The notes beneath the pieces were generated by a model. The model searched no databases. It was not told the DNA's origin and saw only the letters and a list, made by a program, of their open reading frames with translations. The position numbers and the translations under genes were made by a program. From Octopus bimaculoides (taxonomy: Eukaryota): a DNA stretch of 64,000 bases. The stretch lies in contig NC_068989.1 in NCBI RefSeq assembly GCF_001194135.2, positions 55,789,109 to 55,853,108 on the forward strand, written 5' to 3'. Below are positions 40,403 through 52,809 of the stretch, piece after piece. Numbering within the stretch: the stretch's first letter is position 1; every line of letters begins with the position of its first letter.

Positions 40403-40549
40403 AGGGGATATTCATTCTTTGTTCTCAATTTTGGTCTTTCATCATATCCATGATGAAAGTGAACTATTTTCTGTTTCCTTTCTAGTTCATGAACCACTGT
40501 TTTGTTGACCTTTTTAAGTCTAATGCCAGCCAGGTAGGACATAAGGTAT
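40403..40549 (-). CDS. Putative internal coding exon (YLMSYLAGIRLKKVNKTVVHELERKQKIVHFHHGYDERPKLRTKNEYP)
   Basis: Acceptor tttgtagctag|, consensus donor |gtgagt, 147 nt, phase 2 to 2, open frame. Phase-compatible with 41011-41154. Confidence 0.6.
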
Positions 40550-41010
40550 CTAGCTACAAACCCACAACATGCCACCACTATTGAAAGCACTGTACCCTGC
40601 CATCATCATCATCATCATCCTCATTTACCATCTGTTTTCTATGCAGGCATGGGCTGGATGGTTTGACAGAAGCTGGCAAGTCAGAAGACTGCACCAGGCT
40701 TCACTGTGTTTTGGCATGGTTTTTACAGCAGGATGCTCTTCCTAACACCAACCACCTTATCGAGTAAGCTGAGTGCTTTTTATGTGGCACCAGCACCATC
40801 ATACATCACACAATTCACTAACTGCTTCATATTTTAGACTCTTCATTACACATGTACACTTCATATTGCCTTTCCCAAGGCAGTGTCAGTTCAACAAGCA
40901 GAACATTTTTTTTGTTTTTGTTTTGTTAAGTGAAACCATACCATATAATCAGAGCTTTACTTTGTTATTGCAATACAGCTGGGGAATACAAGTTCTTCCT
41001 TCAAACCCAC

Positions 41011-41154
41011 CTGCATCTTCCAACACTTAGCATCATGCAAAAGTCTAGACTTCCTTTCTTTTTTACTCCTGCATTGTCCTTCTTTGATGTGTCAATATTT
41101 TGTTTATGCAGGGTAACAAAGTAATATATGCTGATGTGATTAGTCCACATCACT
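41011..41154 (-). CDS. Putative internal coding exon of an unidentified multi-exon gene (VMWTNHISIYYFVTLHKQNIDTSKKDNAGVKKKGSLDFCMMLSVGRC)
   Basis: Minus strand: acceptor ttatag|, donor CAG|gtgggt, 144 nt, phase 2 to 2, stop-free in AT-rich DNA. Joins in frame to exon 40403-40549. Confidence 0.6.
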
Positions 41155-41212
41155 CTATAAGGAGCATAGGGCTGGTTTCCTGGTTTCTCTGGTGTATATA
41201 TACATATATAGT

Positions 41213-41550
41213 GAAGGCACATGGCTCAGTGGTTAGAGTGTCGAGCTTACGATCATGAGGTTGTGAGTTCGAATCTCAAACCGGCTGCGAGTTGTGTTCT
41301 TGAGCAAGACACTTTATTTCCCATTGCTCCAGTTCACTCAGCTGTAGAAATGAGTTGCGACGTCACAGGTGCCAAGCTGTATAGGCCTCTGCCTTTTCCT
41401 TGGATAACACTGGTGGCGTGGAGAGGGGATGCTGGTATGCATGGGTGACTGCTGGTCTTCCATAAACAACCTTGCCAGGACTTGTGCCTGGGAGGGTAAC
41501 TTTCTTGGTGCAATTCCATGGTCAGTCATGACCAAAAGAGGTCTCAGCAT
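41213..41550 (+). mobile_element. SINE family C (tRNA head, central TGAGCAAGACACT..CACTCAGCTGTAGAAATGAG block)
   Basis: A-box GGCTCAGTGGTTAGA and B-box GTTCGAATC; homologues at 21420-21750(-) and 42100-42275(-, partial). Confidence 0.85.
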
Positions 41551-41649
41551 ATATATATATATATATATATATGACAAAAGACCAAGACCTCTGGAGATAT
41601 GCTATGACTGAGAAGACCTGGCAAATAAAGCTGTAACCTACACCAGTAT

Positions 41650-42100
41650 TGCATAACCAACCCACTCAAAAAGCACCTTGGATTGAAGGGCGACATGCCA
41701 TGCTTGAGGAGACCTATTGAGTCAAGTACATCGAAATCAAAATCAAATCAAATGGAAATTGTAGTTGTGGTCACTGTGCCGGTAGCATGTAAAAAGCACC
41801 ATCTGAACATGGCCAATGCCAGCGCCACCTTGACTGGCTTCCGTGCTGGTGGTACGTAAAAAGCACCATCTGATCGTGGTCGATGCCAGCTCCCTCTGGC
41901 CCCTGTGCTGGTGGCACATAAAAAAAAGCACCCACTACACTCGGTGTGGTTGGCATTAGGAAGGGCATTCAGCTGTAGAAACACTGCCAGATCAGTGCCA
42001 GAGCCTGGTGCAGCCTCCTGGCTTCCCAGACTCCAGTCAAACTGTCTAACCCATGCCAGCATGGAAAACGGATGTTAAATAATGATGATGATGATGATAT
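41650..42100 (+). mobile_element. RTE 3'UTR-derived repeat (family D) with tandem AAAAGCACC units and (GAT)n tail
   Basis: Same end as the RTE 3'UTR at 32100-32410. Other copies at ~3240-3490(-), 12803-13180(+), 19762-20130(-), 25200-25380(+), 40600-40800(-), 49200-49570(-). Confidence 0.8.
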
Positions 42101-43639
42101 ATAATTCCTTCCTGGATGAGGCACCAGTCTGTCACAGGATTACTCATCCAGTGGACTGGAACAATGTAAAATGAAGTGTTTTGTTCAAGAACACAATACA
42201 TTGCCTGGTCCAGGAATCGAAACCAAAATTTTACAATCATGAGTCCAACACCCTAACCACTAAACCATGTGCCTTCACTGTATGCTGATGTCGTAAAAAA
42301 TAATACTAAATAGTCTAAGGCAAAACAAGGTAAACTGTAATATAATATAATGTGTTAGTTTATGTACCAAGCTACATGAAATCCACACACTCTAACATTT
42401 CCAAGTCAAGTGGGAGTAAAAATAGTGAAGACACACAACAAAAAAAAATGCATCTTAATTTGGAAAGCAGTCACTATTAATTTCACAATATTTAAATTCT
42501 CTACTACACATTCCACAATATGTAAGGTTTTACTCTAAAGCACATGTGCATTTATGATAATATGCCCATATACATGCAAACAAATATCCATGAATTTCTC
42601 CAATTTGCAATTATAGAAAATATTTTGCAATTATTTCATTTAATTTTTTTTTTAAAAGCAAATAATGAATTTTCAAAAAATTTCCCCAACTTCTGTTTTT
42701 TTTTGATGCCATTTAGCAGAAATTTCTCACATTCTTTGTAGTCCTTCAGGGAATATATAATATTACATAACGTTAAGATATTTCTTCTTGGAAATGACTA
42801 AAATGAATTACTGCCAAATAACAGTTGATGAAGCAGAGATATGTGCATGTGCATGATCACATGTATATACAAAGCAAAAGATGAATAATAATAAAATAAA
42901 ATCACATCTGTTATTTATCATGCTGAAATAGATTCAGAATTTCCAAATCTCATGATTTAACTTCAAGAAACTTGTATTTTGTTTTCCTTTCTTTTTCTTT
43001 TTTTTTGTATTTTTATAATTCTTATACAGCCAATATACATACTGTCACATAATCCGTGACAATATGACAAAAACAAATTCACATAGTTTCATACATATAT
43101 TAGAATATCATAGCAGCATTTATTCTTTATAAAGCATTGACAACCTTGCTGAAACTCATCTTTAATATGGTACGAATCAGTAGCAACCAGGCTATTTTTA
43201 AATATAAATAGTATATGAAAATATAAATTTTGTGTCCAAAAGTTTCAAGCTATAATAATCTTTTTTTCATTAACAAGCCAGCTATTTTAAGCCTCACTAA
43301 CCTCATTAGAAAACTAGCCAAATCTGACCAATATGAGTGTCATTGCAATTTTTTTTAGATGATGATCATTGGCATTGTATGTGCTTATTCATGCATGAAT
43401 GCATAGCCACAGCCCATAATTATTCCAGTTTACTTTCATTTTAAAATCCATGCTCTTACAACTCATTATTATTTTATTGTATCATATCATAAAAACTTCC
43501 CAGCATAACCTACTTTTTTAAAAATTTGTGCTCCTGCATGATTACTCAAGCATACCTAACCATTTTAGGAAAAGACACATTGAATAATAGATATATTGCT
43601 GGGTAATAATGCTTGCTTCTGTTTGCTTGCTGCTGCTAG

Positions 43640-43860
43640 TGCTCTTGTTTTGATGAGGGTGAGCTCATCTCAAGTTAGTGGTCCCAGAGACATCATGTGT
43701 AGAGCCCACCAGGTCTCTATCACTGGTGGTTCCATGCCAGTCTCTCCGCATCCAGCCGGGTACAATACACTCAAAAAAAAAAAGATGGTACCATCATGTC
43801 AGGAATGCCTAAGATCATTGGTCTGTTCAATCAAGGCTGACTTGGTGGTAAACGACAACA
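43640..43860 (-). mobile_element. Probable RTE LINE 3' fragment
   Basis: Minus-strand DRDLW-like motif; GC-richer than the flanks. Confidence 0.35.
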
Positions 43861-44287
43861 ACAATTTCTAAATGCTTTATAAATCACATAGAGGGGCAAC
43901 ATAGTTCTTTATTTATTCAACTAAGTCATACATTAAGCAAAATTTAAGAAATAATAATTATAAATCTCAAACAATACCCTTATTAACTATCATAGAAACA
44001 GAAAAGGAACTAAATGAGTTGCAACATCAACACAGCGAAATACAGATGCCATCATTATAAAAATCATTTATGCAATATCAGTCTTGATGAGTTTAACCGT
44101 TAAAACAACTTTCAAACCAGTCTTGTCATACAAGCTGTTATAGAAACCACAGATTCAGTAACAAGATGGATCAACACTATTGACAGCACTCATCCAAAGT
44201 GACTGTGCTGTTTAATCTATGCCCAGCAGAGGACTTAAGCACTGCAAGCTAAAGAAATACTTATTCACTGTACAGTCATCTCAATCC

Positions 44288-44516
44288 TTAACCCTATAGC
44301 ATTCAGATTATTCTGTCATATGTAATGATTATTTATTCATGTTGCTTTGAATTTATCCTGCATTATCTCACAACTTTGAGATTACGATTATGTGACTGTT
44401 TATTTTTAGACTAACACTGTAGGGTAGATGTGAAAGGCTGGATCTGGTCAGTTTAAACATAAAACAGGAAGAATATTTTGGCCTGATATGGCTGGTTTAA
44501 ATGCTAAAGGGTTTAA
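44288..44516. mobile_element. piggyBac-type MITE, second copy in the opposite orientation
   Basis: TTAACCCTATAGCATT ... AATGCTAAAGGGTTTAA; interior is the reverse complement of 21824-22051. Confidence 0.8.
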
Positions 44517-44934
44517 CTGATTGAGTTACACCTACTTATGGTGTCTTGTAAAGAGCTAAACGGATTGGTCTATGCTTGGCCTTAGTCAAAAGAGTAACAC
44601 CAAAGGCACAATACAAACAATTTACATTCTGAGTAGCTTTATCTAACAATATATCAAAGCAGTGACAATGGGGTTGCTTCACTATCATCACCACAACTAC
44701 TACCACTATTATTACTACCACTACTACTACTGCTACTACCACCACTACTGCTGCTCTACCTAGCGTCAAGATTCTCACCACATGATATTCAATGCTTAAA
44801 TTTCCTTCTCTTCAATCTAGTCATATATCTTCCATTCACATTCTATTCATATGCCAGAGTTAATATAATCTTGACTTTGATTTAGAACTTTGAAACTTTC
44901 TGGCATTGACATTTACAAATTATCTCTTATCCCT

Positions 44935-45500
44935 TATCTTTTACTTGTTTCAGTCATTAGGCTGCAGCCATGCTGGGGCTCTGCCTTGAGGAATTGTAAT
45001 CAAACAAATCAACCCCAGTACTTATTATTTTTTTTTATTTTTTTAAGCCTGGTACTTATTCTATCAGTCTCTTTTGCTGAACTGCTAATGTTATGGGGAC
45101 ATAAACTCAGCTGTCAAGTGATGGTGGGGGACAAACACAGACACAAAGATACACACACACACATATACAACAGTTTTCTTTTAGTTTCCCTCAATCAAAT
45201 GCACTCACAAAGTTTTGGTCAGACCAAGGCTATAGCAGAAGTCTTAGCTCTCCTGTGTGATTCTTCTGTTCGGCATTCGCCATGATAGATCGCTGACCAC
45301 TACATTTATATATTTTTTTCTCTCCTTGTTTCTTTCTGTAATCCTTTCAGTTGAAGAGCATAGCTCGAAATGTCAAAGACTTTCTCTATTCCCGAACGTT
45401 AAACTAATACATCCATTTGTTGTTTACACCACCAGTCTTCGTCTGTTGTTTTTTTCGTAAATTCTCCTATAGCAGAAGTCACTTGCCCAAGGTGCCATAC
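44935..45500 (-). mobile_element. SINE family A (head-truncated) hosting the 45244-45466 insertion
   Basis: Family A sequence resumes after the TSD (..CACTTGCCCAAGGTGCCA). Confidence 0.85.
45244..45466. mobile_element. Penelope-like terminal fragment inserted in a SINE
   Basis: Exact 14-bp TSD CTATAGCAGAAGTC (45230-45243 and 45467-45480); TTGAAGAGCATAGCTCGAAATGTC resembles Penelope terminal motifs (family call from memory). Confidence 0.7.
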
Positions 45501-46330
45501 CTGTGCCTACCTAGCTTTTTCCTTGTTCTTTTCTTTGTTAACTATAACCCTATTTTATTCTTTGTTAACTATAACCCTATTTTATTCATATTAGGGTTTC
45601 ACAATACATAATTCATATGTAGTATTTTGGGATGAATTGTGTATAAAGGATTTTAGATAGAAGAATATATTTGCTATATGTAATGGATATCTCCAATTTC
45701 TTAATATATTGTCAATTTCAATCAATGTAGTGGTAAGGACAAAATTATTAAAACTCATGTTATATATTATTGATAATTATTAGCAAATGATTAATGATGA
45801 AAATTACTTTATTTTTGTTTGTTTTATTATTATATCTTAAATCATCACTATATTTTCACCTATTTTACATGAAATAATACAAAAAGTTAGCTCACCATGT
45901 AGTAAGGGATAGTATAATGAATAGGGAAGATTTAATCTCCATAGCCACTTAATTGATGGAGGAGCTATCCAGCTTTATCTGCACTAAAAATGCTTCTTGA
46001 TAATTTTCTCCAATATTCTAAGGTAAGATTTATTTCAGCAATATGAATATCAAAGTTGGTTTATGTTTTTTTATTTGTTTTTGTTCTTTTTGTTCTTTTT
46101 TTTTTCAAACGTTTGAATGTAGAAACAATGTTTGACATCGCTTTCATAAAATTCAGTAGTTAAAGTATTTTCCGGCGAATATTTTAAATGAAAATGCATC
46201 TTAAACCACTTACACTCTTTGAAAACTCATATTTCAGTTTACAAGTCCTCATTTAATGTATAACAATGTCAAAGAACAGCAGTGAAAGGAATGGTTTCCA
46301 GAAAGAGAACAGAATGAAATTTATTAAAAC

Positions 46331-46390
46331 CTTTCTCTTCCAAAATTTTTTGAAGAAACCGGACCTGAACATCCCAAGCCATCTTCATGA
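46331..46390 (-). CDS. Possible 60-nt exon (MKMAWDVQVRFLQKILEEK or HEDGLGCSGPVSSKNFGRE)
   Basis: Acceptor gggtttttag|, donor AAG|gtttta, two open frames. Confidence 0.2.
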
Positions 46391-46744
46391 CTAAAAACCC
46401 ACTGATTATTTACTTTTGTTTATTCCAATACAAGCATTCTTTATAATAAATAGTAGAGACTTATTATTGTCTTAACTGTGAACAAAGGAGAAAAAAACAA
46501 TACTCTGAATGAGATTAAAGCATTTTTGCTATAAATATAAAAATGGCTATTTAGTAAATTATATTTAACAAAATTTAAATAACTTTATGTTTCAGGTTTT
46601 GCATGTTTGTATAACATGCAGTTGGAGTAATTATGCAAACTAGAAGCAAAGGGAAATTACTCAAGTGGGCCAATCACATGAATTTAAAAGATCAAAATAC
46701 GAGGTGATGTATATATAATGAAATTATTGTTTACAGTGCTCAGG

Positions 46745-47530
46745 TGCACTACAACTTGTCAAAAGTGAACATAAAGCATATGCAATATTGTACAAATGTC
46801 TGGAAAGTGAACAGTGTAGGAGTCAGATACATGCTTGCGTGTGTATGGAGGGGAGAAAATCGGTTGTAATGTTGGCGTATCTCAGGAAGCATGGAAGTTT
46901 TGAAGGATGCAATGCTCCAACAACTAACAACTGATGCCAGCAGCTTGTTCCATACTTCAGCAACTCTTAGTGTGAAAAAGTGTTTCCAAAAGTCATGGGA
47001 GCTGTGCTGTTTTCTGACTTTGTTAGACTGGTAGAGTTTGAAAAGGTGCTCAGAGTTATTGTTAGTAAGATGGTTAATAATTTTATGGGTGTCTGCCAAG
47101 TCAGTGTTTCAATGTATCCATGTCAAGGGAAGTAAGGCGTTCAGAATATGGCAAATGCCTGATGGAGGGTATTCTCTTGGTTGCACGTCGTTGAACGGTT
47201 TCCAGACGATTAATATCCTGGGCAAGATAGGGGTTCCAGACCGGAGACACAAATTCCAGGTGAGGCTGTACCATAGCTATATAAAGCCTCAGATAGATAG
47301 CCGGAGAGCAGCTCACAAAGGATTTGGTAAGTGATGCCAAGACATCTTCAGCCTTCTTGGCAATTTTAGCAATGTGTTTTGTCCAACACAAATCGCTGTC
47401 AACAATAATGCCCAGGTCACGTTCACAAGAAGACTTTTTGAGATTAGTGTTGCGGAGGGAGTAAGTAGACGCTGGGTTTTTCTTCTCAAAATGCATGGTG
47501 GTACATTTGTACTGAATGACATACACGAAA
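46745..47530 (-). mobile_element. CR1-clade LINE 3' remnant
   Basis: ERDLGIIVDSDL, VWNPYLAQDINRLETVQRRATK and HFFTLRVAEVWNKL are typical CR1 ORF2 C-terminal motifs. Confidence 0.9.
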
Positions 47531-48361
47531 AATTTTAATGAATTGAAATCTGTCTCTTAGTTAATGATGTAAGACATAAAAAACGCCTCGTGACCATTAT
47601 TAGTTTACCCCCACCCACTCAAGAAGAGGGGAGATAATTTTTAAGCACTTATAAAGCTATTTCACAGAAAATTGCATTTTTATGTTTAGTAGGAAAATCT
47701 TATCTTTGTTAGCAAACAAAGACAGAGCTATAGACATGCTTCAAATTTATTAGATCTCATAGATATAGCAGAGAATTTTTGCTTTGTTTCTTTCTTTGGC
47801 GCTTTTTTTTTTTTTGTATTTTTCCTAGTTTGCTTTCATCAATGGACATTGATATTTTACAATTAGAAGAAGGTTTACAAGGAAAATGTTTAGCTAATTT
47901 GAATATTTCTAAAAGTGAGCATGCATTTTTTGCAGAGATCATTCAGTATATCATTTCCTTTCTGGAAATGGAGTAGTTTTGAGATAAAAATTTCATATTA
48001 GATAGATACAAGAACATTTTCATATATCACTTGATAAAATAAGCTGTTGTTGTTTAAAAAAAACTGTCTAAATTTATGATTACCATGTTTGCCAGCATAA
48101 AAGATACACTTTCACAAAAGACACACCCCTATTTTCCAAGTGTATTTAGTGGAAAAAAAAAAAAAGAAAACAAATTTAGTATATATGATCATACACTTAT
48201 TGAAAGGTATTTTAAAGTAATTTTGTTGAAGAAACTATGATTTCATGCACGTAAATACAATATGTGATGGTGTACAACTATAAATTTATCATATATAAGC
48301 CACTTAAATACAAGCATCCCTTTTGTGTGCATGTGTGTACAAATATACACACATGCACACA

Positions 48362-48392
<31 letters not shown>

Positions 48393-49802
48393 GCACACGC
48401 ATGCATGCATGCACATGTGGTGTCTCCTTGCAGACAATTAATACAAGGGAGAGATAATGAGTTCTCCATAATATTTGGTGGGATTAGAAATTTGGATTTG
48501 AAATTAAGGAATAAGGAAGAAGATACATAAAATATATAGAGAGATTGAATAAACAGAAGAAATAGAACTCAATACATGAACATATATACTTTTTTATTAT
48601 TTTCAATCAGCAGACAGTTACGAAAGTGACTTGGGAGTTTTGCTTATGGCACTTATCAAAATGATTTCAAATCTAGGAGCATAAAGCAGGTTTAGCAACA
48701 TAATCAGGCTAACAACATAATCAGGCTAACAGCTATCTCATATTTTAAGGAATCAAGAATGAGTTTATTTTCAGTTTTTATGCAATTGTGTAGTTTATGA
48801 TTACAATTAACATGTTATAATCATATTTGAGCTGTTATCTATATAATGGAAATTATAACTGTACAAAAATTGAAAGTTAATATTTTCAGTTATTAATTAT
48901 TTATTTATTTACTTTGCTATGAAAATGGCTTACCATTTTTATTCACTAATGCCACATATCCAAATCATACAAGAGGAAAACAATAATTCATTTTGAGCCA
49001 AATTGATAGGACATTTGGATGGTTGGATGGTTTCACAGACTCAGATATTTGCATGAATGGTTTAAGCAGATGTTTCTATAGTTGGATAACTTTTAGCAAC
49101 AAGAATTTTAAATTTGAAGTAGATGTGTTATTTTTCCAGAACATAAATTAAGGAAGATAGTGCATTTTGTCTCAATAAACATCACTATTAGTCTTATCAT
49201 AATCATCATAATCATCATTTAACATCTGCTTTCCATGCTGGCATGGGTTGGATGGTTTGATTGAGGACTGGCAAGCAAGAAGGCTGTACCAAGCGGCTCC
49301 ATTCTGATCTGGCAAGGTTTCTATAGCTAGATGCCCTTCCTAACACCAAACAGAGTGTAGTGGGTGCTTTTTACGTGCCACCAGCATGAGAACGAGTCAG
49401 GCAGCACTGGCAATGACCACGCTCAATTGGTGCTTTTTACATGCCACCAGCACAGGAGCCAGTGAGGCAGCACTGACAATAGCCATGCTTGAATGGTGCT
49501 TTTTATATATCACAGGTGCCAGTCAGGTAGTACTGGCATCAGCCTCAACAATGATTTCACTTGATTCTAAGTAAAACATATTTGATATTTTTAATATGAG
49601 GCTGAAAATAATATAGAAAAGTAAATGGATATTTGAAATCAAAATAATATATCATTTGAATATAATGTGAAAGAGTTCAAGCAAATTTGTTAACTATTTT
49701 ACAATAACAAACAAATGCAGATTTCTAAAGAATCCTCATATTTCTAAAAATCTTCATACTTATAAGCAATATATTTTTTCAGAATTTCAATTTTTATTTA
49801 TG

Positions 49803-49882
<80 letters not shown>

Positions 49883-50334
49883 GTGCGTGCTTGCATGCAT
49901 GTGAGTGAGTGAGTGTGTGTGTGATGTAGACATATATACTGACAGCGATTTTGTCCAAAATCAGTCAAGTCGGGCTGACCCTACTGAAGAGGCTATGGCC
50001 TAAATCCAAAACTGTCCAGTCAGTATACGGAAATGTTGACTGCTGCTTTCAGGAGGTTACAGTCACTGCCATTACGTATGTATACAATTATGTGCTTTGA
50101 CTGCAGCATTAGAGTGCTTTAGCTCTTATTTCTAGCAGTGTAGGTATTCAAACACCCTTGGTCATATTTAATGACAATTATAATTTTTCTTTTTGGCAAC
50201 ACATTGCTAAACTGCTGCCTACATTAATTATTTATATATATTACTGGGGTCGATGTAATCAACTTAGCACCCTCCAGCCGCCGAAATTGCTCACCATGTG
50301 ACAAAATTTGAAATCATTATTATTTTTATTATTA

Positions 50335-50383
<49 letters not shown>

Positions 50384-51288
50384 ATCATTAAATTTAGTAT
50401 TCTCAGATTTAAGTGCCTTATTCTTGGCAGTAACAATGGTCAATTCCCTCTAGGTCTCTCCTTAACTGCAGTTAAGCCTTATAAACAACAGTAAGAAAAC
50501 AATGCAAGTGTACATTGTCACCTACATCAACCAATCAAAAGAACATTATGGCAAAAAGATAACTTACAACATGCTGTATGTACAACAGAGATAGATGTAT
50601 AATGAGATGCTAAATATGAAGTAATGGGAGTAATGCACAATATTGATCCAACTTCAAAGTCCTTATGAGCTATCATCTGAATATATGGATATGTTGAACT
50701 CTGCTTCAGCTATCAGTTTGTTATATATAGTCGACTTTGTTTGAACTTTTTAGGAACGCATCTTCTTATGCCATCCTACTCTAACCACAGTTTTCCTCAG
50801 CTAGAAATTATGCTTGAGTCTCTCTTCCTTTCTTTTTTTTTCCCCTTTATTTTTTTCTTTTTTATTTTCTATCTCCCTTCTCTGTGCACACAGTTCAATG
50901 ATTAAGAAAATTACTTCAGCTTGCTCATGATTTAAGATCATTCAATGCTTCTGCTAGCATGGAAACTTAGTGAAATAACTTGGCACAGAATAATCAACCA
51001 AGCATGTATTTTCCAAGAGTTACCTACAGACTATATATCACTCGGCAAGAGGCAGCAGCAGCAGCAGCAGCAAATAACAGTTCCAGTAGAAATTTGTTTC
51101 TCGTGTTAGTCACATGAGAAACAAATTTGTCAGGAAAAATAAAATTATCAATTCCATTTAGTTTTAAAGCAAACAATTTATTTATCCCATTCTAATTACT
51201 AAATCATACAGCTACAGTCATTTCTGTATTTAAATTATTGAGGATATTTCATTGATTTCTCTTTTGATAATCTCTTGATAGATATAGG

Positions 51289-51725
51289 CACAGGTAAGGC
51301 TGTGTGGTAAGAAGTTTGCTTCCCAACCAAATGGTTCTGGGTTCAGTCCCACAGCACAAAACTTTGGGCAAGTCTTCTTTTCTAGCCCCAGGCTTACCAA
51401 AGCTTTGTAGGTGGATTTGATAGACAGAAACTGAAAGAAGCCTATCATATATGTGTGTGAGACTGTCTCCTTGTCTTGATATTGCATTATAGTCATAAAC
51501 AAGTGTCACTTTAATGGAAGCAGAGTCCTTCATTTCTAATCTTCTGTGAAAAATATGTTTGGTCATGAGGAAATATTGCCTTACTTAGAAATAGATGAGG
51601 GTTAGCTGCAGAAAATCTGCCTCAACAAATTCTGTCCTGCCTATGCGAGCATAGAAAAGTGGACATTAAAACGATGATGATGATGGTGGTGGTGGTGAGG
51701 ATGATGAGGATGATGATGATGATGA
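51289..51725 (+). mobile_element. SINE with family A head, a different body and an RTE-like (GAT)n tail
   Basis: Head matches family A up to AAAGAAGCC; the 3' part ends GCATAGAAAAGTGGACATTAAAACGATGATG. Confidence 0.8.
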
Positions 51726-52495
51726 TGTAAATTGTGAATTCTATAAATCATTCATTTAGGGTACCACTGAACACCCTTGTCATTACAAAATGTTTTTAGG
51801 ATTTGGTAGAGTTCATTCATTTTAAGTTATACCTACAAACACAAAAAAGACACATCAATTTCAGTGCAATCACTGCTTACAGTAGTTTCTACCCAGGGAT
51901 AGCTATATACAGGTAAGCAGTATAGTCCAAACACACAATGTCTTGATAATTCTATCACAATATTAACTGTCTGCCCTTCAGCTGATAGTGCACACTGTTA
52001 CTTCAGCTCTCTGCATCTCTCTTGATATATAAACATAACAATTAGTAACGAGTTACCTAGCATTCAAACATAAAAAATGTTAGCAATAAGGCAATTTGTC
52101 ACAAAGGTCCAGCATTAATAAGATATCTTTGGATATCCACATTTATCCTTCTTATAATGATTATCTGTTATCACAATATTTTGCTTTTATAATATATCAG
52201 TATAAAGCTTCATACACAGTCTGTATGTATCAGTATAAAGTTTGGAATACAGTTTGTTCTAAAGAACTGACTGTAACAAAGGACTAATTAAGATATTTTA
52301 TAAAAATACATTCAGTGTGATACTTAGAATATTAATGTTTTACTGTGAAATTTGTTCAACAATTTCCACTGATATATGAGAAATATAACATAAGTTAAAA
52401 TGGAATAGACAGGACAAGACCAGGGAGAAGAGGAGACAAGAAGAACAGAAAGTTGCTAAAGAGGTTGCAGAATGTGCGACAAAAGAACTCTGACA

Positions 52496-52566
<71 letters not shown>

Positions 52567-52590
52567 TTATTATTATTATTATTATTATTA
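52496..52590. repeat. (AAT)n directly followed by (ATT)n
   Basis: Directly visible. Other (AAT)/(ATT) runs at ~18946-19003, 20245-20335, 36323-36358 and 50320-50385. Confidence 0.95.
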
Positions 52591-52809
52591 GGAAGCAGGT
52601 GGAACCTCTCCATGTCCTGATCAATGATACATCTAGTGATGATGTCACCATAAAAACACTGGTAATTGCGCAACCTGATAATCACTACCTCAAATGAGTG
52701 ACAATGAAAAAAACAAAATATTGTGAATAACGGTGTTATTTGAAACTGAAGCCACTGATAGTGACAGTGTTACACCCTGTTGGCTCAGAGATTCTGGTCC
52801 GGCTCCAGA

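Noticed and set aside
1706-41154. Loose resemblance of exon peptides to CatSper auxiliary subunits or ELP1
   Set aside because: Only 3-5 residue impressions from memory, with inconsistent order and spacing; not enough to name a gene without an alignment.
41213-41290. tRNA-like sequence with A and B boxes
   Set aside because: It is the head of a SINE, continuing into SINE body with homologous copies elsewhere; no complete cloverleaf.
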